Program-made: the position numbers and the translations under genes
NCBI GenBank assembly: GCA_016783885.1
Contig: JADHVR010000006.1
Location: 6,539 to 70,538 of the forward strand
Direction: 5' to 3'
Length of the DNA stretch: 64,000 bases
Origin: Bacteroidales bacterium
GTDB taxonomy: Bacteria > Bacteroidota > Bacteroidia > Bacteroidales > JAADJA01
Notes under the pieces: model-generated
What the model saw: only the letters and a program-made list of their open reading frames with translations
The model's database searches: none
Told to the model about the DNA's origin: nothing
Shown here: piece by piece, positions 18,153 to 25,277 of the stretch
Layout of the letters: the number at the start of each line of letters is the position of its first letter
Position numbering within the stretch: position 1 is the first letter of the stretch

Positions 18153-19544
18153 ATGCGACTATATCTGATCAATCCTTCCAACCCGCTCGTCAGTATCGTC
18201 AGAGTCAGGGAAAACCGCTGGAACCGTTACCGGGTGTGGAAACCGCTCAGCCTTATGGTTCTCGCGGGGCTCACTCCAGTGGAGTGGGAAGTCTCAATTG
18301 TGGACGAGAACCTCGGCGTGCCGGACTATCCGTCCATGCCTCTGCCTGACCTGGTGGGGATCACCGCTTTTACCTCACAGGCGAACCGTGCCTATGAAGT
18401 GGCCTCTCACTTCCGGCGCCTGGGCGTGCCCGTTGTCATGGGCGGCATTCACGCAACCATGTGCATAGACGAAGTCATGGAGCATGTGGACTCGGTTGTC
18501 ACGGGGGAAGGCGAAGGCATCTGGACTCAGGTGCTGGAGGACGCCCGGCACGGCTGCCTGAAACGCCGGTATGACGGAGGGCTCGCCGAGATAAGCGATA
18601 TCCCAGCTGCTCGTCATGATTTGTTGGCTACAGGATATGCCTTCGGAGCCATTCAGACCACGCGCGGCTGTCCCTTGAACTGTAGTTTCTGCAGTGTAAC
18701 AGCGTTCAACGGGGCCCACTACCGGATGCGATCCATTGGGGACGTTGTTCGGGAATTCCAGTCGATCCATGAGAAACATGTTCTGGTGGTGGATGACAAC
18801 CTCATTGGCACGCGCCCTGAACACATCGCCCGCGCTAAAGAAATGTTCCGCTCCATTGCCCAGGCGAACCTGAAAAAGAAATGGGTTGCCCAAGCCACCA
18901 TCAACTTCGCCGACGACGAAGAACTCCTGGCGTTGGCCATGAAGGCCGGATGCAGAGGCATCTTCATCGGCTTTGAATCACCCGCGCAGGAAGGGCTCCT
19001 GGAAATTGGCAAGAAATTCAACCTTCTGAAAGGCCGGGACTTCCGCGCCTCTGTACGGCGCATCCAACGGCACGGAATCCTGGTCGTGGGTTCCTTTATC
19101 ATCGGTTTGGACATAGATGAACCGGGCATCGGAAAACGAATCGCCAAGGCAGCCAGCCAGTACGGCGTGGACCATCTCAACGCGCTGTTTCTGACACCCT
19201 TGCCCGGCACGCGCCTGTGGGACCAGATGAAAGCAGAGGGCCGCATCGCCCTCGATACATTCCCGGAAGACTGGAAATACTACACGCTGACCTTCCCGGT
19301 AGCCCGGTATAAGAATCTGTCTCTGGATGGTATCAGTAACGAGATGCTCTCCTGCGACCGGACTTTCTATTCTATGCCGCGCATTCTACGCCGGGTTTGG
19401 GGCAACCTGTGGGGTCGCCGCCAGCCGCTGATCAGTCTGGTGGCCAATCTCTCATATAGGAAAAATTTTCAGCTGAGTTGTAAAGCATACGCAGCCTTCA
19501 AGCATTACTTAGGCAATAGGAACGACTGTGTAAAAAAGTTATGA
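18153..19544 (+). CDS. B12-binding-domain radical SAM protein
   Basis: 463 aa. N-terminal B12-like domain (DLVGITAFTSQ...VVMGGIHAT), CxxxCxxC cluster motif (GCPLNCSFCSV) and a DUF4070-like tail. GC content is far above its surroundings. Confidence 0.8.
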   Translation: MRLYLINPSNPLVSIVRVRENRWNRYRVWKPLSLMVLAGLTPVEWEVSIVDENLGVPDYPSMPLPDLVGITAFTSQANRAYEVASHFRRLGVPVVMGGIHATMCIDEVMEHVDSVVTGEGEGIWTQVLEDARHGCLKRRYDGGLAEISDIPAARHDLLATGYAFGAIQTTRGCPLNCSFCSVTAFNGAHYRMRSIGDVVREFQSIHEKHVLVVDDNLIGTRPEHIARAKEMFRSIAQANLKKKWVAQATINFADDEELLALAMKAGCRGIFIGFESPAQEGLLEIGKKFNLLKGRDFRASVRRIQRHGILVVGSFIIGLDIDEPGIGKRIAKAASQYGVDHLNALFLTPLPGTRLWDQMKAEGRIALDTFPEDWKYYTLTFPVARYKNLSLDGISNEMLSCDRTFYSMPRILRRVWGNLWGRRQPLISLVANLSYRKNFQLSCKAYAAFKHYLGNRNDCVKKL

Positions 19545-19587
19545 AAAAAAATGGTGCTTGGCTTCGGCGTGAAAAAAATCATATTAT

Positions 19588-19661
19588 GCCGGTATCGATC
19601 CCTTTGTCATTCTTATTGACATGGACAGATAGAATAATTTGAAGGAAGTTGAGGAAATGTA
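19588..19661 (+). repeat. Direct repeat R2 (74 nt), partner of 12692-12765
   Basis: GCCGGTATCGATCCCTTTGTCATTCTTATTGACATGGACAGATAGAATAATTTGAAGGAAGTTGAGGAAATGTA, starting 44 nt after the radical SAM stop codon. Confidence 0.9.
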
Positions 19662-20051
19662 GTTCTTATAACAAAACTTCAAAAACCAAATAACAAATTT
19701 CAAAACTTGTCTGTACGACTGAAAGGAGTCCGTATGTATGGATAAATACCAAATTTAAAAACCTAAATTACAATTGAATATTTGTCTATATAGTCATAGA
19801 TGTTTGGGAATTGTATTTTCTGATTAAGTAAAAATATATTATTATAATATTGATATTAATTAAACTCTTATATTTGCTGGAAGAAACCACAAAATTAATT
19901 TGAGACAAATATTTTCCGTATAACATATAAAGAGTATTATACTGACATTTACTTTTAAATAATATGTTATACCAATAAAACGAGTAATGAAACGGTGACT
20001 GCAAGAATCGTAATGCATGTTATTCAAAAAAGATGATAACATAGGATATAT

Positions 20052-23000
20052 ATGAACACTGATCTGTCATTTATTACTAACGAAGAAAACCAGAATCTTA
20101 AAGAAAGGTTTGAAGTTCTTATCAAAGACACTTCATTTTTTGATTGCCTTGTAGGATATTTCTACTCAAGTGGGTTTCACGCCATCTACCCATCTCTGGA
20201 AAGCACAGAAAAAATTAGAATCCTGATTGGCATCAGCACAAGCAGACAAACTTTCGAAATGATGGAAAAGGCAAATAAACCAACACGACAAACATTTGAT
20301 TTTTCTCACGCCGAAGCCAAGCAGGAAGTTGAAAATCTTGTTCAAAATGAAATGGAGGTTTCCGAGGACAATAGAAACGTTGAACAAGGCGTCCATAAAT
20401 TTATAGAATGGATTAGAAGCGGCAAGCTGACAATCAGGGCTTATCCGTCACAGAATATCCACGCCAAACTCTATATTATGACATTTAAGGAAGGCGACAG
20501 GGATACCGGCCGCGTTATCACAGGCTCCAGTAATTTCACACAAGCCGGGCTGGTTGACAATCTTGAATTTAACGTGGAACTAAAAAACAGAAGTGACTAT
20601 GATTTTGCGAAAAATAAATTTGAGGAATTATGGAGTAACGCTGTAGATGTCAGCGAAAAATATGCTCAGACCATTCAGGATAAGACCTGGTTGACTCAAA
20701 ATATCACGCCCTACCAGTTATACCTGAAATTTCTCTACGAATATTTCAAGGATGAACTCAGCCAAACAGATGAAGTGTTTGTTAAGTATTTGCCGCAGGA
20801 GTTTAAAAAACTTGAATATCAGGAGCAGGCAGTCTTAAACGCCAAAAAGATACTTTTGGAATATGGCGGCGTTTTTATCTCCGACGTTGTGGGGCTGGGA
20901 AAAACATACATTTCAGCAATGCTGGCGGGTCAACTGGACGGCAGAACGCTTATTATCGCCCCGCCGGTGCTTTTGGAAAAATCAAATCCCGGTTCATGGC
21001 CCAATGTTTTTTCAGACTTCAGAGTGCCGGCAGATTTTGAATCTATCGGTAAACTGGACTACCTGTTGGACATAGGAACAGACAAATACACAAATATTAT
21101 TATAGATGAGGCACACCGTTTTCGAACCGAAACAACAATTTCCTATGAGAAACTGGCGGAAATATGCCGCGGGAAAAGAGTTATCCTGGTAACTGCAACT
21201 CCTTATAACAACACCCCCAAAGATATTCTTAGTCTTCTTAAACTGTTTCAGAAAGCCAAAAAAAGCACCATTCACAATCAACCAGACCTTGAAGCATTCT
21301 TTAACAGGCTGGATAAAAAACTTAAAAACCTGGACAGAAAGAAAGACCGCACCGAATACATAAATAATGTAAGAGCAAATTCACGGGAAATACGCGATAA
21401 AGTTTTGAAGTATTTGATGGTGCGCCGCACCCGAACAGAAATTGAAAAATATTTCAGCAAAGATATAAAAGAACAAGGCCTTAAATTTCCGGATGTTAAA
21501 AAACCGGAGCCATTATTTTATGAACTCAATGACGAAGAAGACGTTATTTTTAATAAGACCATTGACATTATTGCCAATCAATTCAGATACGCACGCTACA
21601 TGCCAATGCTTTATTATGAAGGCAAGATTGATCAGCTTGAAGAGCAATCCCAGCGGAACATGGGTCGGTTTATGAAAATACTGCTGGTCAAACGACTGGA
21701 AAGCAGTTTCTTTGCATTTAGAAATTCAGTGGACAGATTCCTGCATTCCTATGAAATGTTCATAAATGAATTTGATAACGGTAATGTCTATGTAAGTAAA
21801 AAGCATACAAACAAGATATTTGAATTGCTGGAAAACGATGATGACGAAGCAGTCCAGCGATTAATAGATGAAGGCAAGGCGGAGAAATATGAGAGCAAGG
21901 ATTTCAGAGAAGAACTCAAAAAAGACCTAGAGCATGACCATGCCATCTTGATGGAAGTCAAAAAGCTTTGGCAGAACATTAACCGGGACCCGAAGCTCAT
22001 AAAATTCATAAACGAACTGTCAAAAAATAAAGTCTTAAAAAACAATCATCTCATTATTTTTACTGAATCAAAGGAAACAGCCAACTATCTGTCTAACAAT
22101 ATAAATAAAGAATATCCTGACAAGGTTCTTTTATTTACTGGTGGTTCTGGCGAGTCTGTGCGCGATAAAGTGCTTGAAAACTTTGATGCCAGAGCCCGTT
22201 ACCCCAAAGAAGATTATCGAATACTTGTCTCCACCGAAGTCCTGTCGGAAGGCGTGAACCTGCACCGCGCCAATGTGGTGATTAATTATGACATACCCTG
22301 GAACCCGACCCGAATGATGCAGAGAGTAGGACGTATTAACCGGGTTGACACACCTTTTGACGTCATCCATACTTTTAATTTCTTCCCTACAACACAATCC
22401 AATGACCAGATTAAGCTGAAAGAAGCGGCCGAAGGCAAAATCAATGCCTTTTTAACCCTGCTTGGCGGCGATGCGGAACTTTTAACCGAAGGCGAACCCA
22501 TCGGCTCTCACGAACTGTTTGACCGCTTGACTTCAAAGAAAACACTAGAAGGTGAGGATGAGGCAGTGGATAGCGAACTGAAATATCTGCAGGTTATCCG
22601 GGATATCCGCGAAAAGAATGCCGATCTTTTTGAAAAAATAAAACACCTGCCCAAAAAAGCCCGCACAGGCAAAGTAACTCAGGCTTCCAGCCTGAGACTT
22701 AATCGCTCCAGCCAGGATATCTCTGATATAATAATGTATTTTGATCCGGATAAATCAATCGAAATAAAACAGAGAAATTTGCCTCATTGGCAGCAGAAAG
22801 GAACCGCTTATTTCGTTACCTTTAGGCTATATGATTCAATTCCTCAAGAAGTTTCTGAAAGCATCAAAAGAGAGAGAAAACATTGGCTGGAAGCCAACAA
22901 AATCTCCAACCCTTCTGAATTCAAAAAACTGAATCAACACAAAAAGATTGAATACTACCGCCTTTTCTCCAAACGATATGATGATTTATTGGACAATGGT

Positions 23001-23924
23001 CATGGCTCATGCATATTAATGAACAAAAAGTGCAAACAAATTGTTGAGAAGGCATTAAACTATTTCGATGGTGAACGATACTATTTGGATAAATTTGTTG
23101 TCATGCCCAACCATGTCCATGTTATTGTAATTCCGAGAGGTGAATGGACTTTATCAAAGATTACCCATTCCTGGAAATCCTATACAGCCAATGAGTTGAA
23201 TAAAATAACAAATCAAAGAGGATCCATTTGGATGTCCGAATCTTTTGACCATATAATACGAAGCCTTGAGCAGTTAGAAAGAATAAGGCAATATATCGTA
23301 ACTCAAGCTTCCAGCTTGAGCGGTCAACCTCACAGGCAAGATGCCTGTGATAAAAACAACAGTCACAGGCAGGATGCCTGTGTTACTTTTTTTCGCCGTG
23401 GGAAACTGCAAAAATTTTTTATGGCGCAGGTTAAGCAAGCAGCCGAAGAACTGGATTTTATGACAGCGGCAGAGCTGCTTGAAAGCCGACCTGACGAAAA
23501 AAGGAAGCAGCTCCCCGGTGAGATTTATGACCTCCTGGATAAAAACAAGGAAGCTTTTATTATCGCTACAACTGAAGAAATGGCTGAACCCCAAAAAAGA
23601 AGAGGACGCGACAGCGCCGCTAATATCCTGAGAATTCTAAAAGCAACCATGAAAAACACTCAGAAATTTACCGAAGACCAGGAACTTTACCTTAAAAAAG
23701 TATTGACCCAGCTTGAGGAAGGCGGGCTGCCCAAACAAACGGCAAAAAATACATTAAAAGCCCTGGATGCGCTTAAAGATGAACTGGTAAATCCTTTCAA
23801 GGTGCTGGCAGTTCTCCAGACCCATATACCCGAAAAGTTGCTGGAAAGCCATTATGCCGAGCAGAACCCGGCAGTATTCGGAAAGCGTGAAGTAATACTT
23901 TCATTATATTTAGCAGGTGAATAA
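20052..23924 (+). CDS. PLD-nuclease / SNF2-family helicase fusion (defence-associated), interrupted in-frame by a RayT-type element
   Basis: 1290-aa ORF. HKD motif NIHAKLYIM...GSSNFT. SNF2 motifs GLGKTY (I), IIIDEAHRFR (II), VTATPYNN (III), SEGVNLHRANVVINYDIPWNPTRMMQRVGRINR (V-VI). Residues ~875-1112 are a foreign Y1-transposase module. Confidence 0.85.
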   Translation: MNTDLSFITNEENQNLKERFEVLIKDTSFFDCLVGYFYSSGFHAIYPSLESTEKIRILIGISTSRQTFEMMEKANKPTRQTFDFSHAEAKQEVENLVQNEMEVSEDNRNVEQGVHKFIEWIRSGKLTIRAYPSQNIHAKLYIMTFKEGDRDTGRVITGSSNFTQAGLVDNLEFNVELKNRSDYDFAKNKFEELWSNAVDVSEKYAQTIQDKTWLTQNITPYQLYLKFLYEYFKDELSQTDEVFVKYLPQEFKKLEYQEQAVLNAKKILLEYGGVFISDVVGLGKTYISAMLAGQLDGRTLIIAPPVLLEKSNPGSWPNVFSDFRVPADFESIGKLDYLLDIGTDKYTNIIIDEAHRFRTETTISYEKLAEICRGKRVILVTATPYNNTPKDILSLLKLFQKAKKSTIHNQPDLEAFFNRLDKKLKNLDRKKDRTEYINNVRANSREIRDKVLKYLMVRRTRTEIEKYFSKDIKEQGLKFPDVKKPEPLFYELNDEEDVIFNKTIDIIANQFRYARYMPMLYYEGKIDQLEEQSQRNMGRFMKILLVKRLESSFFAFRNSVDRFLHSYEMFINEFDNGNVYVSKKHTNKIFELLENDDDEAVQRLIDEGKAEKYESKDFREELKKDLEHDHAILMEVKKLWQNINRDPKLIKFINELSKNKVLKNNHLIIFTESKETANYLSNNINKEYPDKVLLFTGGSGESVRDKVLENFDARARYPKEDYRILVSTEVLSEGVNLHRANVVINYDIPWNPTRMMQRVGRINRVDTPFDVIHTFNFFPTTQSNDQIKLKEAAEGKINAFLTLLGGDAELLTEGEPIGSHELFDRLTSKKTLEGEDEAVDSELKYLQVIRDIREKNADLFEKIKHLPKKARTGKVTQASSLRLNRSSQDISDIIMYFDPDKSIEIKQRNLPHWQQKGTAYFVTFRLYDSIPQEVSESIKRERKHWLEANKISNPSEFKKLNQHKKIEYYRLFSKRYDDLLDNGHGSCILMNKKCKQIVEKALNYFDGERYYLDKFVVMPNHVHVIVIPRGEWTLSKITHSWKSYTANELNKITNQRGSIWMSESFDHIIRSLEQLERIRQYIVTQASSLSGQPHRQDACDKNNSHRQDACVTFFRRGKLQKFFMAQVKQAAEELDFMTAAELLESRPDEKRKQLPGEIYDLLDKNKEAFIIATTEEMAEPQKRRGRDSAANILRILKATMKNTQKFTEDQELYLKKVLTQLEEGGLPKQTAKNTLKALDALKDELVNPFKVLAVLQTHIPEKLLESHYAEQNPAVFGKREVILSLYLAGE
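22674..23387 (+). mobile_element. REPtron / IS200-IS605-like element (RayT-type Y1 transposase gene bounded by hairpins), nested in-frame in the helicase ORF
   Basis: Left hairpin A is CTCAGGCTTCCAGCCTGAG (22678-22696). Internal ATG at 22734 gives MYFDPDKSIEIKQRNLPHWQQKGTAYFVTFRL...MPNHVHVIVIP (HUH). The right end has hairpin A' CTCAAGCTTCCAGCTTGAG (23302-23320) and two B hairpins, CACAGGCAAGATGCCTGTG (23331-23349) and CACAGGCAGGATGCCTGTG (23364-23382). The span as delimited is 714 nt (238 codons). Confidence 0.75.
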
Positions 23925-23927
23925 AAT

Positions 23928-25277
23928 ATGAAGAATAAAGAATCTCAAACAGTTGAATATAAACAGACCTGGCGAAATGACTGCCTTAAAGCCGTTTCAG
24001 CGTTTGCAAACAGTGATGGCGGCTGTTTATATATAGGGCTGGACGATCAGGGAAATCCCACCAGCTTAAAAAATGAAAAAAAACTGCTTGAAGACATACC
24101 AAATACAATCAGAAACAAACTTGGAATCATTCCCCCTGTTGAACTGAACAAGAAAAACAAGAAAGATATAATCAAGGGCACAGTTGCACCATGTTCTGTT
24201 CCTATTTCTTATAATGGCAAGTATTATATCAGAAGCGGGAGCACTGTGCAGGAATTACAGGGAAAAGAGCTGGCTGATTTTCTTATGAAAAAATCAGGCG
24301 CCACATGGGATGACATTGTTGAAGAAAGAGCAGGTCTTAATGAGATAGACAATGATTCCATAGAAAACTTTAAAAAGTTTGCCGTTGACAGAATTCCATC
24401 AATTATAAAAGAAACCAACAATACTACACTCCTGCAAAAATTAAACCTGATTGATGACAAAGAGTTAAAAAGAGCATCGGTTCTTCTTTTCGGCAACGAG
24501 CCGCAGAAATTTTACCGGCAGTCTGTAATCAGGATTGGCAAATTTCTATCAGATACAGAAATTCAAACAACCGATATTATCAAAGGGAATCTCTTTGTAC
24601 AACTAGAAAGTGCACTGGAAATCCTTCGGACAAAATATCTGGTCAGCAATATCAAATATGAAGGCATTCACCGTCGTGATATTCTTGAATATCCTTATGA
24701 AGCGTTAAGAGAAGCAATCATTAATGCGCTGATTCACCGGGATTATTCAGGGACTTCACAAATCCAGATACGGGTTTATTCTGATAAATTGATAATTATG
24801 AATGAAGGCAAGCTCCCGCCCGAAATTCCCGTAGAAAAATTGAAAACCAACCATTTATCCATTCCAAGAAACACACTCCTTGCTAAAATTTTCTATTATG
24901 CCGGATTTATTGAATCATGGGGGCATGGAACAATAAAAATTATAGAAAACTGTATAAAACAAGGACTGCCGGAACCGGATTTTATCGAAGAATACGGAGT
25001 TATGACGGTTATTTTTTATAAAGATAAATGGAATGAAAAAAATCTGAAAAAATTGGAGTTGAATGAAAGGCAAATTAAAGCGGTGATGTATGTAAAGGAA
25101 AATGGAAAAATTACGAATAATCAATACCAAAAAATATTTAGCGTATCAAAAGCTACAGCTACCAGAAATTTAACTACTTTGGTAAACAAAGGACTTTTAG
25201 TACAATATGGAGAAACAGGAAAAGGAACTTTTTATAAATTAAAGGGCTCACAAACGGCTCAAAGGAATAGTATATGA
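23928..25277 (+). CDS. Schlafen/AlbA_2-domain putative DNA-binding ATPase-like protein with C-terminal wHTH
   Basis: 449 aa. N-terminal ESQTVEYKQTW...AFANSDGGCLYIGLDDQG (AlbA_2). Central YPYEALREAIINALIHRDY (HATPase_c_4-like). C-terminal wHTH NERQIKAVMYVKENGKITNNQYQKIFSVSKATATRNLTTLVNKGLL. Gap of 3 nt to the helicase gene and a 4-nt ATGA overlap with the MTase gene. Confidence 0.75.
   Translation: MKNKESQTVEYKQTWRNDCLKAVSAFANSDGGCLYIGLDDQGNPTSLKNEKKLLEDIPNTIRNKLGIIPPVELNKKNKKDIIKGTVAPCSVPISYNGKYYIRSGSTVQELQGKELADFLMKKSGATWDDIVEERAGLNEIDNDSIENFKKFAVDRIPSIIKETNNTTLLQKLNLIDDKELKRASVLLFGNEPQKFYRQSVIRIGKFLSDTEIQTTDIIKGNLFVQLESALEILRTKYLVSNIKYEGIHRRDILEYPYEALREAIINALIHRDYSGTSQIQIRVYSDKLIIMNEGKLPPEIPVEKLKTNHLSIPRNTLLAKIFYYAGFIESWGHGTIKIIENCIKQGLPEPDFIEEYGVMTVIFYKDKWNEKNLKKLELNERQIKAVMYVKENGKITNNQYQKIFSVSKATATRNLTTLVNKGLLVQYGETGKGTFYKLKGSQTAQRNSI

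Noticed and set aside
18375-19246. Long antisense ORFs (172 and 175 aa) on the minus strand inside the radical SAM gene.
   Set aside because: They are a by-product of the locally high GC content, which makes stop codons rare. The plus-strand frame carries the CxxxCxxC radical SAM motif and B12-domain features. The antisense products are Arg/Pro/Ala-rich and featureless.
22674-23387. Considered whether the in-frame insert in the helicase is an intein.
   Set aside because: There are no Hint-domain blocks. The N-junction does not start with Cys/Ser and the C-junction lacks the His-Asn-Cys/Ser/Thr signature. The insert encodes an HUH Y1 transposase and is bounded by DNA hairpins, so it is a DNA mobile element rather than a protein-splicing element.
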